From Octopus sinensis (lineage: Eukaryota), in NCBI RefSeq assembly GCF_006345805.1, contig NC_043024.1, forward strand, positions 10,974,001 through 11,038,000: a DNA stretch of 64,000 bases, written 5' to 3'. Of this stretch, positions 50,160 through 62,730 are shown piece after piece. The notes beneath the pieces were generated by a model. It was not told the DNA's origin. It worked only from the letters and a program-made list of their open reading frames with translations, and did not search any database. How positions within the stretch are numbered: the stretch's first letter is position 1; each line of letters opens with the position of its first letter. The position numbers and the translations under genes are program-made.

Positions 50160-51016
50160 GACAAGGAAAAATGAAGTTGCTTACTAATTGATTTATGTCA
50201 GTTTGATTCCAGGATTGTAAAGAAAGAGAAGGAAATTTATATATACACACACATACATACATACATACAAACACAAAATCCCTTAAGATTTGAAATGGCA
50301 AGAATTTGAAATATGAAAACTGTAAAGGTTGTGTCTGTAATAATTGGTGCATCAGGAACTGAAAACTATCATCATCATCATCATCATTACCGTTTAATGT
50401 CCGTTTTCCATGCTGGCATTGGTCAGATGGAGTGACAGGAGCTGGTCAGCCAGGGAGCTGCACCAGGGTCCAATTCTCTGTTTTGGCTTGGTTTCTATGG
50501 CTGGATGCCCTTCCTAATGCCCACCACTCCACAGAGTCGTACCAGGTGCTTTTTACGTACCACCAACGAATGGTCAAAGGAGGGGGGGAGGAGGATGGAC
50601 ATGGCCATCACCCATGGAAAAAATCTGCTTCAACCAATTTAGTCTGACCCATGCAGGCATAGAAAAATGGACATAAGATGATGAAGGATGAAAGATGTGT
50701 GTTGTATTTGTATGAGGTGAAGCAGCCTCTATGGGATCACTCAGTCTCCAAGAAACAGCAGCAAAATCTTCCCACCCCTTTAAATAAAGGATCATTTAAG
50801 TGACAACATAACCCCTAAAAGCAGACCAGTTAGCTACTGTCCACTCTTAATTGGTGTGATGGCCAAAACCAAAATGTCTTGGGGGGGTAACACCACTCCC
50901 TCACACTAGAATGATAGCAAAGGTCAAAGATAAAATACTCTAGATGACTGGCACCACTCCAAAACTACAGGATGGTTACAACTAAAATATCTTAGATGAC
51001 ACACCCCCATCATCAT

Positions 51017-53269
51017 TTAACCCTTTCGTTACCAAATTGGCTGAAGCTGCCTCTGGCTCTGTAGTACAAATGTCTTGTTTTCATAAGTTTTGAATTAAAA
51101 TCTTCCACCAAACCTTAGTCACAATTTATGTTCCTAACACTAGCTTAATGATAAACTAAGTTATTTTACTAAATTCTTTGTTATATTTTAAATTAATTGA
51201 AAGAAACTCAGAGCATCTCAACAGAAATATGGTAACAAAAGGGTTAAAATATATAATAGAGAAACAATTCTTAACCCTTTTGATACCAACCTGGCTGAAA
51301 CAGCCTCTGGTTCTGTAGTACAAATGTCTAGTTTTCATAAGTTTTGAATTAAAATCTTCCACCAAACCTTAGTCACAATTTATGTTCCTAACACTAGCTG
51401 AATGATAACGATGTTATTTTACTAAATTCTTTGTTATATTTAAAATAATTGAAAGAAACACAGAGCATCTCAACAGAAATATGGTAACAAAAGGGTTAAA
51501 ATATATAATAGAGAAACAATTCTTAACCCTTTTGATACCAACCTGGCTGAAACTGCCTCTGGCTCTGTAGTACAAATGTCTAGTTTTCATAAGTTTTGAA
51601 TTAAAATCTTCCACCAAACCTTAGTCACAATTTATGTTCCTAACACTAGCTGAATGATAACCAAGTTATTTTACTAAATTCTTTGTTATATTTAAAATAA
51701 TTGAAAGAAACACAGAGCATCTCAACAGAAATATGGTAACAAAAGGGTTAAAATATATAATAGAGAAACAATTCTTAACCCTTTTGATACCAACCTGGCT
51801 GAAACAGCCTCTGGCTCTGTAGTACAAATGTCTTGTTTTCATAAGTTTTGAATTAAAATCTTCCACCAAACCTTAGTCACAATTTATGTTCCTAACACTA
51901 GCTGAATGATAACCAAGTTATTTTACTAAATTCTTTGTTATATTAAAATAATTGAAAGAAACACAGAGCATCTCAACAGAAATATGGTAACAAAAGGGGT
52001 TAAAATATATAATAGAGAAACAATTCTTAACCCTTTTGATACCAACCTGGCTGAAACAGCCTCTGGCTCTGTAGTACAAATGTCTTGTTTTCATAAGTTT
52101 TGAATTAAAATCTTCCACCAAACCTTAGTCACAATTTATGTTCCTAACACAAGCTTAATGATAACTAAGTTATTTTACTAAATTCTTTCTTATATTTAAA
52201 ATTAATTTAAAGAAACACAGAACATCTCAACAGAAATATGGTAACAAAGGGGTTAAAATATATAATAGAGAAACAATTCTTTACCCTTTTGATACCAACC
52301 TGGCTGAAACTGCCTCTGGCTCTGTAGTACAAATGTCTAGTTTTCATAAGTTTTGAATTAAAATCTTCCACCAAACCTTAGTCACAATTTATGTTCCTAA
52401 CACAAGCTTAATGATAACCAAGTTATTTTACTAAATTCTTTCTTATATTTAAAATTAATTGAAAGAAACACAGAGCATCTCAACAGAAATATGGTAACAA
52501 AGGGGTTAAAATATATAATAGAGAAACAATTCTTAACCCTTTTGATACCAACCTGGCTGAAACAGCCTCTGGCTCTGTAGTACAAATGTCTTGTTTTCAT
52601 AAGTTTTGAATTAAAATCTTCCACCAAACCTTAGTCACAATTTATGTTCCTAACACAAGCTTAATGATAACTAAGTTATTTTACTAAATTCTTTCTTATA
52701 TTTAAAATTAATTTAAAGAAACACAGAACATCTCAACAGAAATATGGTAACAAAGGGGTTAAAATATATAATAGAGAAACAATTCTTTACCCTTTTGATA
52801 CCAACCTGGCTGAAACTGCCTCTGGCTCTGTAGTACAAATGTCTAGTTTTCATAAGTTTTGAATTAAAATCTTCCACCAAACCTTAGTCACAATTTATGT
52901 TCCTAACACTAGCTGAATGATAAACTAAGTTATTTTACTAAATTCTTTGTTATATTTAAAATTAATTTAAAGAAACACAGAACATCTCAACAGAAATACG
53001 GTAACAAAGGGGTTAAAATATATAATAGAGAAACAATTCTTTACCCTTTTGATACCAACCTGGCTGAAACTGCCTCTGGCTCTGTAGTACAAATGTCTAG
53101 TTTTCATAAGTTTTGAATTAAAATCTTCCACCAAACCTTAGTCACAATTTATGTTCCTAACACTAGCTTAATGATAACCAAGTTATTTTACTAAATTCTT
53201 TGTTATATTTAAAATTAATTGAAAGAAACACAGAGCATCTCAACAGAAATATGGTAACAAAAGGGTTAA
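51017..53269 (+). repeat. Tandem array of nine piggyBac-type MITEs (252-254-bp period)
   Basis: Unit starts at 51017, 51271, 51523, 51775, 52027, 52280, 52533, 52786 and 53040; unit = TTAA + 221-bp MITE + TTAA + 23-bp spacer. Confidence 0.95.
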
Positions 53270-53559
53270 TGGCCATGAGTCGGTCAGTTTGACCTGAGCT
53301 GGTGAGCTACAAGATTGCACCAAATACCAGTGTCAGCTTTTGGTTGGGTTTCCATGGCTGGGTGTCCTTCCTAATGCCCACCACTTTACAGAGTTTCCTG
53401 GGTGCTTGCCTTTTTTTTTTTGTTTTTAATCTTTCTCTTTTTAGTAGTAACAGCACTAATGAAGTAATTAAGTAATTCATATAACAAGATATCCTCAAAA
53501 GATCAGGGATTCAGAATTAAGGGAGATGAAAATATGAAAGGGACACACACCAATCAATA

Positions 53560-53684
53560 TATATAGACACACACACGCATACATATTATATTATATATAT
53601 ATTGTATATTATGTTATATATATATATATATATATAATATATATATTATATATATATATAATATATATATATACATATATATAC

Positions 53685-53717
<33 letters not shown>

Positions 53718-53791
53718 CTATATATATAATATATACATATATATATATATACATATATATTATATATATATACATATATATATTATACATA

Positions 53792-53843
<52 letters not shown>

Positions 53844-53874
53844 CATATATATATACATATATATATAACATACA

Positions 53875-53908
<34 letters not shown>

Positions 53909-54260
53909 CATACATATATATATACATATATATATACATATATATATATACATACATATATATATATATACATATATATATATACATACATATATATATA
54001 TACATACATATATATATACATATATATATATACATATATACATACATATATTATATATACATATATATACACATACATATAAATTTATAAATACATACAT
54101 CAGCATTTTTTATAATGTATGGATATGTATTTGTGTGTGCGTATGTGTACACACACACACACACACATACAACCATAGGTACATATACACTTACACACAC
54201 ACACACACAACCATAAGTACATATACACTTATACACACACACACACACATGTTTATGTGA

Positions 54261-54290
<30 letters not shown>
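53560..54290. repeat. (TA)n/(CA)n compound microsatellite just 3' of the CATIP stop
   Basis: Directly visible. Confidence 0.95.
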
Positions 54291-54291
<1 letters not shown>

Positions 54292-54312
54292 TCATTATCC
54301 GAGAAAAAAACT

Positions 54313-54540
54313 TTATAGCTTCTTGAAAAGAGGAGCGTTTTGAGCGAAGACGCTACTCCTGGTGGTCTGGAAGGTCGGCGGCTGGACCAAATGGGTGGAA
54401 AAGGAAGAGAAGTACTCCGCAGCAAATTTCACCACATCGTCAGGTTTCCGTAGCAACAGGAACTGCAGAAAATCGGCCAGGAGTGATCGGATCTCGGGCT
54501 TTTGTCGCAAGTAGACAGAAAAATCATTCATGAATTTATC
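54313..54540 (-). CDS. CATIP: CATIP/C2orf62 homologue, terminal exon
   Basis: [47 protein letters not shown]...*; resembles the recalled CATIP C-terminus [35 protein letters not shown]; ttttag acceptor. Confidence 0.8.
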   Translation of the reverse strand, partial: DKFMNDFSVYLRQKPEIRSLLADFLQFLLLRKPDDVVKFAAEYFSSFSTHLVQPPTFQTTRSSVFAQNAPLFKKL

Positions 54541-54785
54541 CTAAAAATAAGGAAGGAAATTATCGTTATATTGTTATTTCAAAATTAGATTTGGAAACGA
54601 AAGTATGATGGGGGTTAAGTCTCACAGAGGGGTTTTTAGTAAGGTCACGACCTCTCCATTGTCGTCTCCCATACTTGCCAAAATGATTAAAATAATATTA
54701 GTCATGGAACTAACAGCCTCTCCTCCATGCACACATGTGTTAATGCCAACAGTAAACAAAGGAACACAGTGGTTTATGCTATAGG

Positions 54786-55362
54786 GTGAACAGGGGCAGA
54801 GGAAAAGTGAACAGGGGCAGAGGAAAAGTGAACAGGGGCAGAGGAAAAGTGAACAGGGGCAGAGGAAAAGTGAACAGGGGCAGAGGAAAAGTGAACAGGG
54901 GCAGAGGAAAAGTGAACAGGGGCAGAGGAAAAGTGAACAGGGGCAGAGGAAAAGTGAACAGGGGCAGAGAGAAAAGTGAACAGGGGCAGAGGAAAAGTGA
55001 ACAGGGGCAGCAGAGGAAAAGTGAACAGGGGCAGAGGAAAAGTGAACAGGGGCAGAGGAAAAGTGAACAGGGGCAGAGGAAAAGTGAACAGGGGCAGAGG
55101 AAAAGTGAACAGGGGCAGAGGAAAAGTGAACAGGGGCAGAGGAAAAGTGAACAGGGGCAGAGGAAAAGTGAACAGGGGCAGAGGAAAAGTGAACAGGGGC
55201 AGAGGAAAAGTGAACAGGGGCAGAGGAAAAGTGAACAGGGGCAGAGGAAAAGTGAACAGGGGCAGAGGAAAAGTGAACAGGGGCAGAGGAAAAGTGAACA
55301 GGGGCAGAGGAAAAGTGAACAGGGGCAGAGGAAAAGTGAACAGGGGCAGAGGAAAAGTGAAC
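54786..55362. repeat. 21-bp minisatellite, about 27.5 copies
   Basis: Unit GTGAACAGGGGCAGAGGAAAA; nearly homogeneous, with two small indel variants. Confidence 0.97.
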
Positions 55363-55397
55363 GCTCACAGCATAAAATGTTAACACTACCAATGAAT

Positions 55398-55805
55398 ATT
55401 TATTTCTTTACTACCCACAAGGGGCCAAACACAGAGAGGACAAACAAAGACAGAAAAAGGGATTCAGTCGATTACATCGACCCCAGTGTGTAACTGGTAC
55501 TTAATTTATCGATCCCGAAAGGATGAAAGGTAAAGTCGACCTCGGCGGAATTTGAACTCAGAACGTAGCGGCAGACGAAATACCTATTTCTTTACTACCC
55601 ACAAGGGGTTAAACACAGAGGGAACAAACAAAGGGATTAAGTCGATTATATCGACCCCAGTGCGTAACTGGTACTTATTTAATCGACCCCGAAAGGATGA
55701 AAGGTGAAGTCGACCTCAGCGGAATTTGAACCCAGAACATAACGGCAGACGAAATACAGCTACGAATTTCGCCCAGCATGCTAATGATTCTGCCAGCTCA
55801 CCGCC
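55398..55805 (-). mobile_element. SINE family 2 dimer
   Basis: Head plus two units; TSD CTACCAATGAA at about 55387 and 55806. Confidence 0.8.
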
Positions 55806-56239
55806 CTACCAATGAACATAGTGAACAGGGGAAGATAGACAATAATAGGGCTATGTTAAATTGAACGAAGGAAAACACAGGAGATGGGTGCGGGGATAGC
55901 TGTATGGTTAAGGAAGCTTGCTTTGAAACCATGTGGTTGCAGGTTCATTCTCACTGCACTGCACTTTTGGCAAATGTCGTCTGATATAGCCCTGAGCTAA
56001 CCGATGCCTCATGAGTGAATTTGGTAGACAGAAACTGGGTGGCGCCATGTAATGCACACACACATACACACACGTATATATACGAGTGGCTGTGTGGTAA
56101 GTAGCTTGTTTACCAACCACATGGTTCCGGGTTCAGTCCCACTGCGTGGCACCTTCGGCAAGTGTCTTCTACTATAGTCTCGAGCCGACCAAAGCCTTGT
56201 GAGTGGAATTTGTAGACAGAAACTGAAAGAAGCTCGTCG

Positions 56240-56270
<31 letters not shown>

Positions 56271-58183
56271 GTTTGTGTGTCTGTGCTTGTCCCCCTAGCA
56301 TTGCTTGACAACCGATGCTGGTGTGTGTTTACGTTCCCGTCACTTAGCGGTTCGGCAAAAGAGGCCGATAGAATAAGTACTGGGTTTACAAAGAATAAGT
56401 CCTGGGGTCGAGTTGCTCGACTAAAGGCCGTGCTCCAGCATGGCCACAGTCAAATGACTGAAACAAGTAAAAAAAAAAACAATTTGATTTGTTTGAATAA
56501 ACCCTTTCTAGTGGTGCTCCAGCATGACCACAGATCAATGACTGAAACAAGTGAAAGATAAAAGAACCACACCGAATGAAAGAACAAGGGCAGAGGAATG
56601 AAAAGGGAAGGAAAAAAAACCACGTGAAAAAGGGAGAGAGCTACAGAATCTCAAAACACATCATCCTCAGCGCCCCTTTTCCCATGCTTATAAGGGGTGG
56701 ATGGAATTTGTCGAGAGATTTCCTACAGCCAGGTACCCTTCCTGTTGCTAACCCTTATCTCTTTCCAGCTTAGGTAATGTTTCTCTAAGGCCAGACATGT
56801 TTTCATGGAAGATTGGAAATGAATGACACTGCTTGTATGAGGGTGACACTCATTTACGACTATCACGCAATTTTAAGACTAAGAGAAACCAACAAAGGTT
56901 CAAACGTACGTGTGTATATACAGTAGGACCTTGGTTTATGAACAATCTTTCAATCACAAAACTTCTCTAATGGCAAATGATATCTTAGGTGATGGACACA
57001 CGAGCCGACAACAACGGTTGGCAACAAACTGGGAATGTCACAGGGAGACCATCAGTTAGTGTCTAGCTTTTGTTCAGGGCACATCCCTGTTCAAATTTGC
57101 TGTACTTTCTCTTGAATTTCTTATGGAAAAATTAGTTGGGTTTACAAACGTTTCAGGGGCCAAACAGCCTTCAGGAACGAATTAAATTAAATTCATAAAC
57201 CAAGGTTCCACTGTATATGTGTATTCTGTATTTTTGCATTTTAGACACTACCTCAGGTTTCATGCATTACGGCTTGCAATTTTCAAGTCTTTGTCTTAAG
57301 AAATGGTGGTAATCCATCTCCATATCTGCAGTAGACAAACATTTTTTTTCTTTTATTCCATTCCACATAGACACATATGTAATATATACAATATAAGTAA
57401 CATATGCAATACAATAAAACAAATGTTGTTGGTCAGAATATATTTCCTCTCGAGACAAAGATTTTGGCCAACAATGTTTACACCTACCTACATCCCTCAA
57501 GGGAACATTGAAACATTACATTAACTAATTTTTCCATGGCATGTAAAAAGCACCATCTGAACGAAATTGTAGTTGTGATACCTGTGCTGGTGGCATGTAA
57601 AAAGCACCATCCGAACGTGGCTGATGCCAATGCCACCTTGACTGGCATGTAAAAAGCACCAACTGATCGTGGCCATTGCCAGCCTCCATTGGCACCTGTG
57701 CTGGTGGCACGTAAAAAGCACCCACTACACGCACAGAGTGGTTGGTGTTAGGAAGGGCATCCAGCTGTAGAAACACTGCCAGATCAAGACTGGGGCCTGG
57801 TGCAGCCTCCTGGCTTCCCAGACCCCGGTTGAATCGTCCAAACCATGCTAGCATGGAAAATGGACATTAAACGATGATGATGATGATTTAACCTTTTGCT
57901 TTGAGAATGTGAAGGTTAAAGCTCAGAATTCAGCCCAGGAAAACTAGTCATACCCATCACTACACTGCTGGGTAACAATCTAGTTGAGATGAAACAGATC
58001 CTTCAGCAAAGGCCTACAACAACGATCACATTGATATGCTCAACAGCAACCTATTTTCTTTTTCTTGAAACAAATTCTAATTCTATCTTTCACACACTCT
58101 CACTGTATTTTTCTCAAAAACAACAACCACCTGTCGTAGTGAAAGTCTTTTTTTGAAGTCTGTTGAAAGACATATAGACCCTG

Positions 58184-58222
<39 letters not shown>

Positions 58223-58636
58223 TATTGTTTTGAAGTCTGAGCTGCATTGTGTAGTCCCACGTTTTTAATTGAAACTTGTTAGTTACTATGGAGACAACAC
58301 TACCTATCTATTTAGTTTTTATCTGACAAATCCACTGATAAGGCTTTGGTCAGCCTGGAGTTATAGTAGTAGAAGATACCTGCCCAAGATACCACACAGT
58401 AAGACTGAACCTGGAACCACGTGGTGTGGAAGCAAAGTCCTTAACCACGAAGTCACACCTACACCTCACGGCCGTCCCCAATAAAATGTTTAGGGAACAA
58501 AGAAACAGAAGGTCACAGGGAAGGAATGGAAACGTTGTACAAATGTATGTGAGGAAGGGAGAATCAGAAAGGACACCAGAACACCAAAAATGTAATCAAT
58601 ATAAAGGATCAATATACAATGAACAATCTTTTATCA

Positions 58637-59118
58637 TTAACCCTTTTGATACCAACCCGGCTGAAACCGGCTCTGGCTCTGTTGTACAAATGTCTTGTTT
58701 TCATAAGTTCTAAATTAAAATCTTCCACCAAACCTTAATCACAATTTATGTTCCTAACACTAGCTGAATGATAACCAAATTATTTTACTAAATTCTTTGC
58801 TATATTTAAAGTAATTGAAAGAAACACTTAGCATCTCAACAGAAATATGGTAACAAAAGAGTTAAAATATATAATAGAGAAACAATTTTTAACCCTTTTG
58901 ATACCAACCTGGTTGAAACAGCCCCTGGCTCTGTAGTACAAATGTCTTGTTTTCAAAAGTTCTGAATTAAAATCTTCTACCAAACCTTAGTCACAATTTA
59001 TGTTCCTAACACTAGCTTAATGATAAACAAAGTTATTTTACTAAATTCTTTGTTATATTTAAAGTAATTGTAAGAAACACAGAACATCTCAAAATAAATA
59101 CAGTAACGAAAGGGTTAA
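58637..59118 (+). mobile_element. piggyBac-type MITE dimer with the same 23-bp spacer
   Basis: TTAA at 58637, 58862, 58889 and 59115; spacer at 58866-58888 with one substitution. Confidence 0.88.
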
Positions 59119-60084
59119 TCATTTACTTGTTTCAGTCATTGGACTGTGGCCATGCTGGAGGCAAGTCCCAAGGGGTTCGGTCAAGTGAATCAACCCCAGT
59201 ATTTGATTTTCTAAGTTTAGTATTTACTCTATCAATATCTTGATGAACCACTAAGTTCCTTCCTTCTCAAGCCTTGCCTGGCTCATAAGGGCTGATTTCC
59301 CAGTTTCCTTGGCGTATAGGTTCCCCACCTGGATGGGACGCTGGTCTGCTGCAGGTGAGCTGCTAGGTGCAGGAGGAAAGGGTGAGAGAGAGTTGTGGTA
59401 TCGAAAGAGTCAGCAGAAGTTCGCCATTACCTTCTGCCGGAGCCATGTGGAGCTTAGGTGTTTCGCTCATAAACACACACATCGCCCAGTCTGAGATTCG
59501 AACCCGCGATCCCTCAATCGTGAATCCGATGCTCTAACCACTAGGCCATGTGCCTCCACGAACCACTAAGTTACAGGGACATAAACAAACTAACACCAGT
59601 TGTCAAGCAGTGGCAGAGACAAACACAGACACTGTGTGTGTGTGTGTGTGCGCACGTGCATGCGTATACTACGGGCTTCCATACAGTTTCCATCTATCAA
59701 ATTCACTCGCAAGACATCAGTCAGCCTGGACTGTGGTAACAGATGCAGAAGAAAAGAACACAGTGGACAATGGAATATGGTAAACAAGGGAAACACATGG
59801 AACAAAGGGAACACACCAGTGGTGTAGCTAGAGTGAGCGCCACCCGGGGCACATGGCCTGCTGATCCCTGCCCCAAATTACACTACTAGGACAGTACAAA
59901 AGAACACAGTGAATGAGGAACAAAGAAAGTACAAGAACACGGTGAAATGAATATAAGCAATCAAATTCAACATCAACAAAGAAATTATCAAATGGTCCAG
60001 ATGGCTGCTACATAAGGGTGCTATGACTGGCCCTAAATGTGAAATGGCAACAACATATGACAAATGAATGCCTTTATGGAGACC

Positions 60085-60800
60085 TGTTGAAAGTTAGAAA
60101 ATTACTATTTTTAAATCTCACAACGAGAGATTTTCAGCAACAGTTTTGGAGTAAAGATTGTTTGCCAACGTAACATGGCAGTCCTGGTTTAGGATGAATG
60201 TTGCTGTAATTTAGCCCCAGGAGACATTGTCTCCAGCTGGCTACAGGACATGATCTATGTCCTTATAGTTTTGAACTGAGCTTATGTTTTGAGCTGAGTG
60301 GGGGTGCTAGGTTCCCTTGTTCGAAAATATAAGGACACAGGTCATGTCCTGTAGCCAGCTGGAGACGATGTCTCCTGGGGCTAAGTTACAGCAACATTCG
60401 TCCTAAACCAGGACTGCCATGTTATGTTGTTCAAACAATCTTTACTCCAAAGTACTGTTGCTGAATATCTCTCTTTGTGAGATTTACAAATAGTAATTTT
60501 CTAATTTATAGATCAGTGACTAGTTGTCACTTTGAAAACTATATATTTTTAATGGGAATTTGGCAGCGCCACCTCTAGCTGAACAATTATTCTGTGCTGA
60601 TGAAGGGAAATAACCTGGAAATCATGATACACAGATATTGTTTTGAGCTGAGTGGGGGTGCTAGATTCCCTTGTTTGAAAATATAAGGACACAGATCGTG
60701 TCATATAGCCAGCTGGGGACAATGTCTCCTGGGGCTAAATTACAGCAACATTCGTCCTAAACCAGGACTGGCAGGTTATGTTGGCAAACAATCTTTACTC
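60085..60800. repeat. Inverted plus direct repeat element enclosing a hammerhead-like motif
   Basis: About 185-bp inverted arms (60090-60275 and 60320-60505); direct repeat of centre plus right arm at 60640-60800; family relative at 5895-6130. Confidence 0.8.
60581..60643 (+). ncRNA. Candidate type I hammerhead ribozyme
   Basis: TCTGTG-CTGATGA-AGGGAAATAACCTG-GAAA-TCATGA-TA-CACAGA; stem I of about 13 bp with an internal loop; one non-canonical pair at the base of stem II; manual fold only. Confidence 0.55.
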
Positions 60801-61179
60801 TGTTGAAAGTTATTGAGAAGAACAGGTAAAGGTGACTGTGACTATCTGGTCACTGTCTGTGCCACCCTGAACTGGAAGCATCCAAATTCCTCTTGAGGAA
60901 CCCACTTCATGGTGATGTAAGCAGAGGGAAACATCAAAACATCACATTGACACCTTGACCACAGACACTGGCCTAGAATGTGTCCAGGACCTCGAGGCAG
61001 TGATTTGGGACCGAGAAGCGTGACAGGTGAACTTTGTTGCTGTGGCCTGGGTTGGAACCTGGCCATGGAGATTAAAAAAAAAACAAGCTGCAAAGTGGGA
61101 TTGAACCTAAAACCACATGGTTGCAAAGTAGGAAAAATAGTGAAGATGTTGGAATTTTCCTCCTGACAACAGAACTTAC

Positions 61180-61268
61180 TTTTTTGTCTATGAATTTGCT
61201 TCTCATTTCCATATCTTCATCCAGGTTTATGGGTTTTTTTTTGAAAACCGGTTTGTTGTTGACTGTAC
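61180..61268 (-). CDS. CATIP: CATIP homologue, penultimate exon
   Basis: TVNNKPVFKKKPINLDEDMEMRSKFIDKK; resembles [24 protein letters not shown]; phase 1-0, joins the terminal exon in frame. Confidence 0.8.
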
Positions 61269-61375
61269 CTGAATAAGAAAAAAACAATTAAAAACAATAA
61301 TAATTCTTTTTAATTTTGGCATAAAGACAGCAATTTTGAGAGAGGAACTAAGTTGATCACATTAACCAGAGGGCT

Positions 61376-61602
61376 TAACCCTTTTGTTACTAACCCGGCC
61401 AAAACCGGCTCTGGCTCTGTGGTAAAATGTCTTGTTTCCATAAGTTTTGAATTAAAATCTTCCACCAAACCTTAGTCACAATTTACGTTCCAAACAATAG
61501 CTTAATGATAACAAAGTTATTTTACTAAATTCTTTGTTATATTTAAAGTAATTGAAAGAAACACAGAACATCTCAACAGAAATACAGTAATGAAAGGGTT
61601 AA
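61376..61602 (+). mobile_element. piggyBac-type MITE monomer
   Basis: TTAA|CCCTTTTGTTAC ... GTAATGAAAGGG|TTAA, no spacer. Confidence 0.85.
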
Positions 61603-62202
61603 ACAGGTGATTTATTGTATCAACCTTGAAATGATGATGATGATCATTAGCGTCATTAGCTGAACAAGGCCTTGGAAGTTACTAAAAGAAACACCATATT
61701 AGCATCATCATCTTCGTTTAGCGTCCACTTTCCCTGCTAGCATGGGTTACCCGGTTCAACTGGGGTCTGGGAAGCCAGAGGGTTGCACCAGGCTCCAGTC
61801 TGATCTGGCAGTGTTTCTACAGCTGGATGCCCTTCCTAACGCCAACCACTCCGTGAGTGTAGTGGGTGCTTTATACGTGCCACCTGCACAGGTGCCAGAC
61901 GAGGCTGGCAATGGCCACGATCGGATGGTGCTTTTTACGTGCCACTGGCACGAAGGCCAGTTGGGGCGGCACTGGCAACGGCCACGTTCGGATGGTTTTC
62001 TTACGTGCCACCGGCACTGGTATCACAGCTGCAATTTCCATTGATGTTGATCGATTTCGATTTTGAAAAGCAAAATTTGCCCTCTGTGGTATTTGACCCC
62101 AGGAAAATAAGAAGCTGAGAAAAAAGCAGTTATGCATTTTGTCAAACTTGCTGACAGTTGTGCCAGCGCACAACAAGGTCGTAAAATTTTTTTCAATCTT
62201 TG

Positions 62203-62730
62203 GTAATGTCAGTGTACATACTCGACAGAGTGTAAGCGCCCTGAGAGGAATGTTGGAGTTAAGAAGCATCAGATGTGGTGTGCAAGAGAGACGACTGCGC
62301 TGGTATGGTCATGTGGCGAGAATGGATGAGGATAGCTGTGTGAAAATGTACCACACCCTAGCAGTTGAGGGAACCTGTGGAAGAGGTAGACCCAGGAAGA
62401 CCTGAGATGAGGTGGGGAAGCATGACCTTCGAACATTGGTTCTCACTGAGGCAATGACTAGTGACCGAGACCTTTGGAAATATGCCGTGCTTGAGAAGAC
62501 CTGGCAAGTGAGACCATAACCTCATGGCCTATGCCAGGGGTGTAAGCAGCCCACTTATGCGTACCTTTCCTTCATTGGACACTAAACTCTGTTTGCGAAG
62601 ACCTGTTGAGGTAAGTGAAATCAAAATCGCTGATGTGACGGATGATGGTACTGCCTGATTGGCACCAGTGCCAGTGGAATGTTAAAAGCACCATCCGAGC
62701 ATGATCATTGCTAGGGCTACTGACTGGCAC
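62203..62730 (+). mobile_element. RTE-type LINE 3' fragment (ORF end plus start of 3' UTR)
   Basis: ERRLRWYGHVARMDEDSCVK...GTCGRGRPRKT* is an RTE C-terminal motif; continues into the AAAAGCACCATCCGAGC repeat family. Confidence 0.8.

Noticed and set aside
51017-53269. CRISPR-like repeat-spacer appearance (also in the RTE 3' UTR modules)
   Set aside because: Eukaryotic locus, spacers identical rather than unique, no cas genes; explained by TIR/TTAA-bounded MITEs and LINE subrepeats.
54622-55493. RGRGKVN, SEQGQRK and HFSSAPV repeat ORFs
   Set aside because: Open in several frames on both strands only because the 21-bp unit lacks stop codons; the region is intronic in CATIP.
60560-60580. CTCF-like motif GCAGCGCCACCTCTAGC
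   Set aside because: Only a partial match, located within a repeat, with no independent support.
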